NCBI GenBank assembly: GCA_012295275.1 | Contig: CM022672.1 | Coordinates: forward strand, 18,724,001-18,788,000 | Length of the DNA: 64,000 nucleotides | Origin: Chrysomallon squamiferum | Taxonomy: Eukaryota; Animalia; Mollusca | Direction: 5' to 3' | Shown: positions 1-13,590 of the stretch, piece after piece | Numbering within the stretch: the first letter of the stretch is position 1 | Layout: each line of letters starts with the position of its first letter | Notes under the pieces: generated by a model | Database searches by the model: none | The model's input: only the letters and a program-made list of their open reading frames with translations | Told to the model about the DNA's origin: nothing | Translations under genes and position numbers: made by a program

Positions 1-922
1 GTAGCAGTATCCACAATTTTATCATGGCTTCCATTAGCATTTTTGTTATTACATTCCTGAGCATTTTCTTTTGTCGATTGATTCAGCTTTACTCTTTTTC
101 ATTTAATTTTATTGAAATACAAGGAACAAATTAATGAGTTAGGTTTCATCGTTTCCTCGAACATATAACTTCAATAAATCCTGTCGTTTAATTACGTTAT
201 AGATTGTCATTCAACTCTTCCTACGTCGTTTTTTTAATTATTTTTTTGTTTCTCACATCACTGTTATATGTCTTTCTAACTGAAGAAGACTGTCTGGTTT
301 TCAGCTTACGGAACATAACCTGAAAATTACCCTGAAACTTGATTGAACGAGTCTCAACTGCATCTAAAACAACACGACCGTAAGAAAGTCTAGATAAAAA
401 GTCACGCCACGCGCATAAAAAGTAATGGAGAAGTCGTCTGTCGATTCATAAAACATCATTTTTTTTTTATACAGCTTAATTCAAAGAAGCTTCCAACGAG
501 AAGAGACACAGTTGAAAATTGCTGTGAAGTAAATCAGGCTGTAATCTATTTAATGTTAAAATTATTTTAATAGAAGGAGGGAAAAAAAAAAAAGGGGATG
601 TAGGAGACATGTTCATTAATTTAATTGTCTTTCTGAACAACAGATCAGAGATGACTGGTATTTAAGAGAGGCAATGCATGTCAGGATTCCCCAGAAAGAA
701 GAAGCGGATCTTTAGCGAGAACCGAGAGGAGGCAGATTCACAAAACCGGGTCTCGCATGTTTTTTTTTTTTTTTTTTAATATATATTTATTTATTTATTT
801 ATTGATTGATTTATTTTACCGTCCTGTGTTATTTTAAGGTATTTGTTTTTATTATTTTTAATATCGTCGTCGTCGTAGGTGTTGTTGTTGTTGTTATTGT
901 TGTTGTCGTCGTCGTCGTTCTT

Positions 923-953
<31 letters not shown>

Positions 954-1347
954 TTATTATTATTATTATTATTATAGAATATTTAGTTAATTTTAAAAAG
1001 ATAACGTCCAACATAATGATACTGCAAAATGTTTGCCCATCCTTTTGAAATTATGGATCCGCCCCTTGTATGTTACAATCAGAGTATCATTATAAAAGTG
1101 CTGCAGTGTTAAAAAAGATATATGTGGCTATTAAGAACTTTAACCTTATTTTGTTTACTGACTTCAGACGTATGTTATAAATTCCAGTTCGATAAACTTT
1201 AAACTATCTCCTAAATAAATTACGATTTCCTCAGTGAACGGCCCGCAGTTCAATACGAGGACTGACAAATAAAGCATATTATGTAACATAATCAAACTTC
1301 GGTTGCATACAAACTGCATTATGTCCGTTCCTGGCCTTTTGTTTTTT

Positions 1348-1392
1348 GCTGTCTAAGGGAAGGTGTATATGAAAGACCACTTTTTGCTAATC
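1348..1392 (+). mobile_element. Short SINE core fragment (same family)
   Basis: ctgtctaagggaaggtgtatatgaaagaccactttttgctaatc aligns by eye with gggaaggtgcatataaaa..ttgctgctaa at 54232. Confidence 0.45.
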
Positions 1393-3249
1393 ACTCTATT
1401 TCATTAAGGCTGTAGAGTTATTATAAAAATGGAAGTGAAACTGAGACGTCAGACAGAACAGGATATCGACACAGGAAGAGGCGAAATAAAGAGATTATTT
1501 TACGGACAGAAAGAAAAAGATTAGAAAAAAAAAAAAAAAAAAAAAAAAAAAGAAGAGAAAGAAACACCGAAAGAAAGAAAGAAATAGCTGATTCAAAGAA
1601 AGAAAGAAAGAAAGAGTATCATAAAAAGAAAGAGAGTAAATAATTAACAAATTGTACTTTGATTTCAGGAAAATCTAGCATCGGGAATTACAAAGTATTT
1701 TTAAGGATACGCAGGACGGCCATGATTTACACCATTTCACTTAGTAAGACACATGAGCCACATCCTCGTCGTTGTTGGGTACAGTAACTTCTGAGAAAGC
1801 AGCGTGCTGTGAGAGTTCGTGTGTAAGTTACGATTCTCGTTACCACAGCCATTGAAAGCTGTGAGATGACTTGTGCAAGAGCGACTTGACACAACATGTA
1901 CTGTTAAAAAACAACGACATAAATCTGATCAGGAGATGGCGAGTAATAGTAGCAAGGGAATATCTGGTCATTCTTCAATAACCAATTTGCAGAAATCACC
2001 GTGAGACACTGCAGTCCAATATTAAAGTGCAAACTCGTGAAAGCCTAAGGATTTTCTTTTCATTAAAGGTTTCGGGAAAGTCATATAACTGATGTAAGTT
2101 TGCAAATAAAGATTATGTTTTTTTTGTTGTTGTTTTTTTTCTTCAACATCTGATCAGTGAAAAGTCAGGCCTGTTATGAGAAAAGATGGTGAAACAGAAA
2201 TGTGGTACTTCGTTTGAAGTTATTTCATTTAAAGGAATGTTGCACGGACGCAAGACAAAATAAATATCCGGTATGTTAAAGCTGAATGTTCATTATCTTG
2301 TTGGCTTTGTATTCAGTGATCTGGTGGTTTTCACTTCCGAATTAAAATATTTTACTTCTGCAAAATTTCGTCCGCCTTACAAACAGACAAACAAATGCGA
2401 TGTATTTCAACACAAACAGACCGAGAGATACACATACACATCTATTCAGCGTCAGACGAGAGAGAATATTATATAGATATTTAAAATTAGAATATATCAG
2501 TGAACAATTTGAGACAACAGAGAAACATACAGATACACGGAGAATAAGAAATTATTCATAGGTAACAACCCCCCCTCAAAAAAAAAAATTCTAAAAATTA
2601 TTTAGCACTATATATAATAACCAAATTCGTTTTATTTTTAATTAGCATAGTTTGCGATTTTTTTATTTTAATCGAATACAAATGAACAAAAGTTCACATA
2701 AAATTTACTTAGCAACACGCTCAAAACATAAACCTAAATTTCTCAACAAAAAAAGGAAGAAAGAAAAGAAAGAAAGATTGAAAAAGAAAAACAATGCTTT
2801 AGTTGAATTGAGTTTTTTTGACAGTGGTAAAAAATTCATTTTTTTCTTCTCAGTTATCTGTCTGCTTTATATCAGCAGTCACCGAAACTCGAAACAAAAT
2901 TTTATTTTGTCAAATTCATTAAAAAGAATCACTTGATAAAGAAAAGATTTGTTTTCCATAACTGTCGCTTGAAAAGAACCTAAATGACTTTAAAGATTTT
3001 TAATCAGATTATAAAAGATTAAGTTTTAAACTTTGATATTAATTTGGGAAACAGTGGAGAGAGAAAAACAAAATCTGGATTAAAAAAATAATAATAATAA
3101 AAGCAGAGTGTGAATTACAAAGCAAACTGATGAGTTTTTCTTTATAAGTTAATTTGTTTTCTGTGGCTTTAATTTCAAGTCATTGACTTCACCAACAAAA
3201 TATATTGGTGAGAAACATTCATGTTAACTGACTTTATTTCTCAAATTAA

Positions 3250-3252
<3 letters not shown>

Positions 3253-3301
<49 letters not shown>
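3253..3301. repeat. (TG)n microsatellite
   Basis: Pure dinucleotide tract. Confidence 0.95.
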
Positions 3302-3304
<3 letters not shown>

Positions 3305-3671
3305 AGACATATATATAATGTTCAAGACAGCTTCTGTCAAATTAAAATTTAGCTGGACAGTTACATTATAGTAATTCTGCCTGCGGCAACAAAACAAATT
3401 CTTATTGCAGTTATGATTATAATAAACTTGATACACACTTCATAGTTTATGAGAAAAAAAGAAGATAAGTTCGAGTTACACGATGAGAAGGATCTGTTCT
3501 AAAACGACAGTACTTAAGTCCTAACGAAATGCTGTCAAGCTGTCATCACGGGTTTTGTTTACGATATTTACAGAACATAAATCTTTTCGCCAGAGACGGA
3601 CAGGCGATTTCTACAAAAGGAGACCCAGATGACAAGAAAAGATAAGAAAAGAAAATGGCCCTACAAATGTG

Positions 3672-3748
<77 letters not shown>

Positions 3749-3970
3749 GTATAGATAGATAGATAGATATATAGATAGGTATAGATAGATAAATTTATTC
3801 AATTTGAGAAATAAGTCATAATAAAAAAAAATAAAATAAAAAAAAAATAAAAATAAAAATTTAAAATTTAAAATTAAAATTAATATTAAAATTAAAGTTA
3901 AAATTAAAATTAAAATTAAAATTAAAAAAAAATAAAATGAAATAAAATAAAATGAAATAAAATAAAACAA
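3672..3970. repeat. (AGAT)n followed by an AAAAT/AAAATT low-complexity tract
   Basis: Directly visible. Confidence 0.9.
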
Positions 3971-4934
3971 AACAGAGTTGACGAAAAATAATAAACTAGA
4001 AAAAAAAAATATATAAAAAAAAAAAAATTTTTAAATGAAATAACGCGCCAGACGTTTCACCAAAATTATACCACTGATACCACTGTACGACTTCTACATA
4101 TTCTTTTTTTTTTTTTTGGATATCGCTTTCTCATCGGGAAATTACACGGGCTAAACGTGATCCCTCGTCGAGCGATGGTAGACATTTCAGTAAGGCTAGA
4201 GTAAATAAATCACAGTTATCACTTTCTTATCAGCGCACTGGTCATCGGGAAATGCTCGGACAATCACACCCGCCTCTGTTGTCGACTCTCCTCCACAAAT
4301 TTATCTCGATTTTCTTTTTTCTTTTCTCTTCTCTCCCAGAAGTGATATCATCACGCGTTCAAACAAAGCAATCAATCAGTTGTAATTGCTCTGTTCTCGC
4401 GATGCCCTGTCTCCCAGCAATGAACACAAACGTTCCCTCTCTGCCTGTCATTTCTTCACCCCCACTTTTAAGGACTTGTTCGACAAAAAAGGAATCAGAT
4501 CAGTTGGTCTTTTCTTTAGACGAAAATCTTCCATATGTAAGGCACACATCATCCGTGTAAAAGCATCCTTTAATTTTCAGTGTTGTACTCTTTTTTTTTT
4601 TTTTTTTTTTTTTTCTTTTTACACGAATTAGTCTGTTCGATCAGCGATTATCTGTGTTTGTCGAGGCTTTTACAGGTCACGTGATCAGTGCTCTTAAAGT
4701 GCATCCGGTGGTCTGTTTCTAGCTTTCATCACGTGTGTAGCACGATGTGTTTATCAAATGTCGTGGAAGGTCCTATCGTGTAATGAGAATGCACAAAATA
4801 AAACGTTTCTTGCTATTTGTCTGCGAGAGTATCCCACAGAGTTGCATCAGCGAGTTTCCTCTCTTGAATCGTGAATAATATAGTTTGGTGGATGTGGGCA
4901 AAAACAATTGGAGTTCTTTCTTTTGATTTGTGTA

Positions 4935-5145
4935 CATATACATACAAAAAATACATACATACATACATACTTACATACATGCCAACATAAATCACATACA
5001 CACATACGTACATAGATTCATATATACATACATACATACATACATACATACATACATACATACATACAAACATACATACGTACGTACATACATACATACA
5101 CAAACATACAAACATACATACATACATACATACATACATACATAC
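4935..5145. repeat. (CATA)n microsatellite, imperfect
   Basis: Directly visible. Confidence 0.9.
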
Positions 5146-5408
5146 TCACTTAAAAGCTGCAGTCCATTCAAATAAAAAATAATCTACAGATTTAATAACA
5201 TAAATATGAAATCATGTAACAAGATTAGATGTAGAAAATCGTACTGGCATTAATCCATCTTTCAAGAGAAGCCATAAACACATTATTATAATGGAAAATA
5301 CATTATTAACGTCTTTATAAGTAACATAGCTTTTCCCAAAACTGTAACACACTTTTAAAATTGCTTTCAAAAATAAATTACCTCATATTCTCATTCGACT
5401 TTTTCTTC

Positions 5409-5451
<43 letters not shown>

Positions 5452-6222
5452 TTCTAAATGTGTTCTTGTTCTTTTTCTTCTTTTTTTATCGATTATTATT
5501 TTTTGGGGGGGGGATTCCGACATCATTTCTTCTTTTTTTTCTTTTTTTTTTTTTTTTTTCATATACAGATCTATAATTTCAACGCTGTCATTCATCATGG
5601 AGTGTTAACATCTTCTAAGTAATTCCCTATATTTAAATCTCATTACTTGTGGCTTTAATTGCAGATCACAGCCCGCACCAAGCAGAATCTACCCCTGCCA
5701 GACACACATTAACGGCCTTTACTACCTAAATTAAGTTTGACGAAAATCAATAGGGGTTTGTGTGTGTAACTGTTTGCCCGCCGAATTTCTGTTTGTAAAT
5801 CTTGAGGTAATTTTAAAAACTGGCTTACTAGGAAATGGAGTTCTTTAAAAAAAAAAAAAATCAGAATTATGGAGGTTTATGTAACTGATATGTTAGTAAA
5901 TGATTTTTTTACTTTAAAACGATTATCTGACTGTCTGTCTGTTTCTCTGTCTGTCCTTGAATATGAGTTTGTATGTCTTTTAAAGCTGTTTCATTATTTG
6001 TCTATACACATACACACGCACACACTATAGGCTATAGATATTAATATAGATATTAATAGATATTAACACACACATTCACATACACACACAAATACACAGA
6101 GATAGGCGTATAGGTAAACATTTATACATATATAACTATAAGTCTATTTCTGTAAATATCCGTCTGTCTATAATGACAACAACAACAATAATAATAAAAT
6201 AATAATAATAATAATAATAATA

Positions 6223-6284
<62 letters not shown>

Positions 6285-7852
6285 CAAAATACTGACGGTA
6301 TTAATATCTATAGCCCATAATAACATTAAATATCTTATAAATCAGCACTAGCAATAACTGTCATAAACTGCATTCAGAAATCGAGTTTAGTTTCCATAAG
6401 ACCCACACTTTTTATTGCTCTCCAGATCTCTAACACTCCAAAATCTGTCACACTTGTATCGATCCTTTCCAAGGGATCATTATCGACATCATTAAAAATA
6501 AATTAGCATAGCAAGTTCAGTTTATTATTATTAGTAGTAGTAATAGTAGTAGTAGAAGCAGCAGCAGCAGTAGTAGTAGTAGTAGTAGAAGTAGTAGTAG
6601 TAGTGGTAGTAGTAGTAGTAGTAGTAGTTGTTGTATTATTTAAATCTTGTTGACGAAGGCTTCAAAAGTTCTTACGATTTTAAGTTAAGGTTTGAGAATA
6701 TGTTGTGTTTAAAATTTATTGGTTTTATAGTTTTGAAGAAGCATATATACATATATGTTTTATATTATATATACATATTTATCATATCATTTCCATTGCA
6801 CATACGAATATTCACAGGCTCACGTGCAAAAACACAGAGAGACAATTAAGATCAAAACTTTCCCGGCCTCTCTCTCTCAGTCCTTTTCTCCTCTCTCTGT
6901 CTGTCTTTCTGTCTCTGTATTTATCTATCTATTTAAGTGTTTATCTGTCAGTCTCTCTATCCACCTATTTATCTATCTATCTATTTATCCATCTACCTCT
7001 ATATTTATTTCTCTATCTATTTATCTATCTATCTATATATGACCTTCTGTCTCTCTCTCTCGTTCAATTTCTCTTTGACTAGATTCGCTAGAAAGAAGCA
7101 GCTTGTCAGTAACAGCATCACGCTTTGACGTCGTGTTTTAATGATGCTTTTCAGACGTAGGTACAAGCTCCTTTTATTTGTAATTACATTGGGACTATCA
7201 GCAAATATTGACCATTAATCAGGCCGAGATTTGGTTACTTGTTCTGACAACAGTGCAAGACGGGAGGCTCAGAATGCCTTTGCTAGTTTAATGATGTCTC
7301 GATTGCTTTCTGGAAAAACACTCCGAGCTTTAGACGAATCAGCGCAAGAGCGTACGTGGAGAGATCTCATTTGATAAACTCAGTAGCCCAACAGATGCTG
7401 TATACTGAATCACTTTAGAAAGGATTATACGCTACGTATACAAAACAAGCAATGTGTCAATGTGTAATTATGTCAAAGCGAGAGAATGTTGGCCTCTTTG
7501 AAATTTTTCCTCATTATCTACCAACTTCTCTTACTTGGCGTCCGTAATAATATATGAGTCATAAGTTTTAATAATGGTGGTGAAAATAAATATTTGAATG
7601 AAGATTTTTTTTTTTTTTTTTTTTTTTTTGGACACGACCTATTTAAGCTTATATATAAAATTTATAATAAATATATTTTAATAATTTTTTTTATTATCTA
7701 GAACGATCTGTATGTTTGACGATATTCTGTGTTTGAGAGATAACTCGAGTCATACAGGCAGAGAGAGACTTAAATAGATAGATAGACAGAGAGATAGATA
7801 GGCAGGTAGGTAGATAATTAGGCAGATAGACAGGTAGAAAGTAGATAAATAG

Positions 7853-7854
<2 letters not shown>

Positions 7855-7930
<76 letters not shown>
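7855..7930. repeat. (GA)n microsatellite
   Basis: Pure tract. Confidence 0.95.
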
Positions 7931-7932
<2 letters not shown>

Positions 7933-9459
7933 AACGAAAGAGACACAGAAATATGCTGGAAGGGAGACCAATGGCAGAGGGCGACAGATAAACAGGTATG
8001 GAAATAGTGAATGTTTATAATTTATTTATTTATTTATTTTGTCATTAAAGTTCCAAAGCATTACCTAAGTACATCTGTTAACATATGAGAAATTAAGAAG
8101 AAAAAAAAACTTCACAAAAGACATAATTTCAAAAACCAACTAACTGCAAAACCATTGACGTGGTTCGTTTAATTCAGCATTTGTAAAAAAAAAAAAAAAA
8201 AAAAACAAGCCCAGATTTGTTTCTGGAGACTGATGATGTAATCCGTTAACCAAACCAGACTAAAAGAAGACAGTCGGAGTCGTCTACAGACTGATCTATA
8301 CGTGTGGCTTCCTCTCGAATTACCGCTGCGTTCTTTAATCATCTTGTTCATTGTCCCAGAAACAAACGAAATTGTCTTAGCCTAGCCATTGTAATTTCAT
8401 TCCGGGAGTGTCATTCAGCAAATGGAAGACGTTTTCAGAATGGAGATCGCTGATTTCATTAAAACAACCGCTGATTTCGTTATACGAGATTCAATTTGTC
8501 CACCGCTCGCTGGAGTCCTGACTTAGACCTTATGGTGAAAAATGACATCCACGTTATTATCTTGATTCGGCATCAGTGAGCAGCATTACATAACAACACA
8601 ATGCTGTCTGTTTTTCGAGGAACACCGTCTCAGACATACTGGCTTGCTTCACTCAGTGACCGTGTTTTGGGGGGAAGTGGGTGCTTAACAACAGAGATTC
8701 TCTGATTAGCATGTTGACTGTTTTATTCGTTCAGCGTCAAGAAGGAAATCGCTCGTTATTTGGTTGTTTATGCCTGAAATTAGGAGTTTTTAAAATTACG
8801 AAATACGAGACAAACGCAATTTGTTTTAAAATAACGTGTTTTAATCAATTTTGCTGCGAGAGACAGCGTTCTGGATAATAAAATTACTATTTAAATATAT
8901 TTATTATACGTTTTATAAAAGCTTATGCAAATCGTGTCCAATATGCTCCGGTATTGATATATATATTCATTTGTGTTTTGAAAGTGAATAAATGCCTGGG
9001 TTTGCTTTATTAAGATAAATCTGTTTTATAATGTTAGCTGAAAATATCAGTTTGAAATGATAAAGCTTAAAATATTTTAATTTTGTAAAGTAAATCTACA
9101 ATGATTTTTTTCAAGTACTGGGAGAATCGCTAAGTAAAATCAAGTATATCATGACATAAATATGTCAAACAGTGACAAACACTACATAAAATATCTTGAT
9201 ATGGACATAACGGTTCCAGACGTCTGATGAAATCAGTTTCAACATTTGACAAAACCACCACAGCGGCAGAGGATCAGAAAGTTTACTTCAGTTACAGTTT
9301 TATATTAAACATAATGTAGCAGATAACAGTGACAGTTTGATGGATAACTCACTAATAAATAAAGAGAAAAATATCATCCAGTGCATGATTGGATGATTCA
9401 ATAAAATTAAAAGGAAAACAGATACTAATTAATTATTGATGTTTCCTTTTTTTTTTTTT

Positions 9460-9543
<84 letters not shown>

Positions 9544-12144
9544 TGTATTATTATTATTTGTATTATTATTATTTTTTCTTCTAATTTATATATATATATA
9601 TTTATTATTTATTTTTATTATTATTATTATAATTATTTTTATTGTTGTTGTTGTTGTTGTTGCTGCTGTTGCTGTTGAAAAAAACACAATGGGAAAGAAA
9701 TATATTCATTATTACTGAAACTTAGAAAGCCGATTTATATTTTTTAAACTGAAAACAGAATCTGCACTCATTTGAACTGAAGACATTATCATTTAAAAAA
9801 AACACACCAAAAAGCTAATGAAGACTAATATTCCTCGTATTATCACAAATGCGCCATGTTTTATTATTCACTTACGACGTTCAGATACATTATTTATTGA
9901 GGACATGATTGCAGATGAGTCGAGCCTGCAATAACCTTACCATCTCCACTGCTGAAGATGGACCAGCGCTCACTTCACATGGCCAGACTTTACACGTTTT
10001 AATTTCCGTCGTTTATCCAACGAACTACACATACATCTCTAATACATCACCGTTTTATGAACAGAGACTTTCAGTCGATGAACGAAGTTAATACAGATTT
10101 CCACGGTGAGCGTACGTTTCATAATCACAAAAGCAAAGTTTTGCGAGCTGTATTATTGTCCATATCTTTCAGTCGGCTTGCGAAGGGAACTATAAAAGAG
10201 ACGCATAAGAAATTTATGGACAAAACCTTTCTAGACTTTACCGTGCGTCTGGTCGTGTCGGCCACAAACAGAAACGTTGATGAGATTACAACTGCCAGAG
10301 TTTTATTGGCTAACCGTGGCTTGCTGAAGGAAAACGTGTCGTTCGTAGAGTAAAAGAGCCCAATTCTCTGAGTGAAAATTTGTCAGTTTAGAAAGACGTT
10401 GATGCAGACAGAGATGATGATAACTTACTTCCGTCCTTGTAATCTAAATTGCGGTTTTTTGCTCGAGCCCAAATTTAGAGTCACGTTTAACCCGTAACAT
10501 ATAGTAACTGGTTTTGACTGGGTGATTTTACAGTCAGAGGCTGTATCTTAGAAAATATTGCTTGTAATGAAAGTAATAAATAAGTTAAACCAGATGTGTA
10601 CATTTTTATTTCATTGCCAGCGGTAAAAGTAAATTAAAAAATCGCCTAATGGTGTAAAAATTGGAAAATTAAGATCATAAATCGAAAAAAATAAACAAAT
10701 AACTCAAGAAAAGAACTGACTTACGGTGTAATATCAATGAGATAGAAAATAAAATGTTAATCTAGTATTGGCACGCTTTCTGTGAAAGAATTCGTTACAA
10801 TTTACTGATACGATCAAAATGAAATAGATTCTTTTATCTCAAATTTTTTATTTACCACACTCTCTCAATCTTAATAATTACATTCTTTTCTTTTTATAGT
10901 CATAATTAACTGACACTATTAGCAACTAAAGTACGTTTGAAGTAATATAAATTTAATATTTTAGAAGGAATTGATTCATTTGGCCTCTTCTAACGATGTT
11001 GTAGTTTTGTTTTAGAAAGCTGATGCTAACATCCAAGGCAATGGCTATTATCGTTTTTTCATTTTTTTTATTAAGACGTCAGTTTCGCTTAAAAGGATAT
11101 CAAAGTCAAAATATTAACAGAAAGTGTAAAATTCATGTTAACAAAGAAAACAAAGAAAGCAAAGAATACTATTGTTTCAGATTCAGATGACTCTCTAAAC
11201 TGATATGAATACTTTTCTTCTTCTTCGAAGTCCATTACATTGTAACTGACGTGAAAAAGAAGATTAACAAAACAGGCTTTTTGTTCTAATCTGAAGTATC
11301 TCAGAAAATAAATGTCTAGGAAATAATCGAGTCTAGATATCCTTTCAAGCAGTAATATAACGATACATACAGATAATGAAACAACAATAAGCGTGCATTG
11401 TTTCCTTGCGATTCGAAAACGATGTACAGAAGATGATACTGCATCGATTTGTGTTAAAAATGAAAACCGATTATGAATGCACGGTGCATGTGTCTTCTTG
11501 GCTATCCTGCTTGACAGTTGTTGACCCGAAATACAAGCAGAAATTACATTTCAGTCTTAATCCATTTGGAACAGAACCCTTTGATGCGTTTTACGATGAG
11601 CGCATTAACTTAGTTTACAATAAAAAATAAATAAATTACTACCAAAGACTTCTTCTGTACGTCTGGATATATAGATTTATAGTGTGTACTGCATTGCTTA
11701 ATGTTGTTGAACCATTGGGTGTTTTAAGCAACTTCTTGTGACAGTATATTTGAATAGAAGTATGCGTAATTATTTGAATATTCCGTTATTTAATAATAAT
11801 GATATGCAGTAACTCTGAGTTGATCTAAAAGCGTAAGAATATAGTAAATGGTTTGTAGATGTGCTAAAATAAATACCTGTATATATATATATTTTTAAAA
11901 TTAAATTTGTATGTCATAATTCCTTTAAAAAACAACTTTTTGTTAGTTAGAAGAAAAAAAAAGAAGAGATAAGTGTAACGGTTTAATGAAATAGTTTTGT
12001 GTGTTTCAAGATAAATATATATATATATATATATCATCGTTGTCATTTTCATCATCATCATCATCGATAATAATGTTATTACTTTATCAAAACCATCGAC
12101 ATTATTATCATTATTATTATTATTATTATTAAGAATTCTTGAAC

Positions 12145-12281
12145 CTGTATATATGTATATAATACATACATATATATATATATATATATATGTATATGTG
12201 TCTATATATATATATACATATACACACATATATATACATACATACATATATATATATACATACATATATATATATATATAC

Positions 12282-12330
<49 letters not shown>

Positions 12331-12362
12331 CACACACACACATATATATATGTATATATATC
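12145..12362. repeat. Compound (TA)n/(CA)n microsatellite
   Basis: Directly visible. Confidence 0.9.
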
Positions 12363-13275
12363 GTGAGCTACAGAGGTGAATATATAAGTGAAAAAGAGCA
12401 GAGCAGTCCATTATAAACGTTGTCTTAAGTGATTCTTTAAATAAAATATCTTGTGTTAATTCCTTCATATATACACATACATTCACACAAAACACGCACC
12501 TACACACAAATACACACCTCATTCTCACATTTAGTCAGCACTGTAATACAAAGCTCACATGTCATTAATCTTTTTTATAATTCAGTTAATTTATAACTTG
12601 TTTTTCTTTCTTAATATTTAGTTGTTTTTTTTTTTTTTTTTTTTACTTTATCACTGGTCATTATGTCATTAAACTCCCTCTTTATGGACTCTAAATATAG
12701 ATTTAATCTCTTTTGTTTCTGAACGTGTCAGTTAACGATGCACCACGTATTTGTTCTATATGTGCCAGCAATTTTAATGGGAAATATTTTTGTCTGACCT
12801 GATATTAAAAACATTTTGTCTTTCACAAATAATTAAAACAACCATTTTTTTTTTTTTTTTTTTTTTCAGAATGTGTTTTTACGAGTTTAATTAAATAACC
12901 TCCTACACTTTTAGAACCAAATTTAGAAATGCTGACGTGGATTGGACATTTTTTGTTGCTGTTTTGTTTTTTAATTAGAACTTGAGGTATACATCCAAGA
13001 ATAAATATGATTTATTTTCACTTGTATGTTCCTTAATAAAACTTATATGGCCTTGAATTAGAAATGGCTTTTAGAATTAATTACGTTAAAGAATACACTT
13101 TCCTTCTTTTTTTTTTCTTTTTTTTTTTTTCCTACTTTCTTTCTTTCTTAATTTCTTTCTAACTTTCTTCTTCTACTTCTTCTTCTTCTTCTTTTTACAA
13201 CTACTACTACTCTTTCTACTAGTAGTATTTATTACTTATTTTTATTTATCTTTAAATATTAAACAAAAGTTTCGT

Positions 13276-13590
13276 GCATTAACAACTTTATTCATTCCTT
13301 CCTTTAAGAACTAAACCACATTCTGCCTATATTAAATTTAAAAGCCGAAACCCAAATAATTTTATAGAGTATCATTCGAAAAGCTTAAATCAAAAGCTTC
13401 TACCAAATAATTTTAATAGAGTATGGATTTGAGCATTAACAAATTAATTAATTCATTCCTTTGAAAACTAAACCACATTCTGCCTATATTAAATTTAAAA
13501 CCCTAAAACCCAAAACAGTTTTATAGAGTATCATTCGAAAAGCTTAAACCAAAAGCTTCTACCAAACTAATTTTACAGAGCATGGATTTG
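13276..13590. repeat. Tandem duplication, two ~157-bp units
   Basis: Units start at 13276 and 13433 (gcattaacaa...aactaaaccacattctgcctatattaaatttaaaa...tagagtatcattcgaaaagcttaaa...atggatttg) and are highly similar. Confidence 0.9.
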
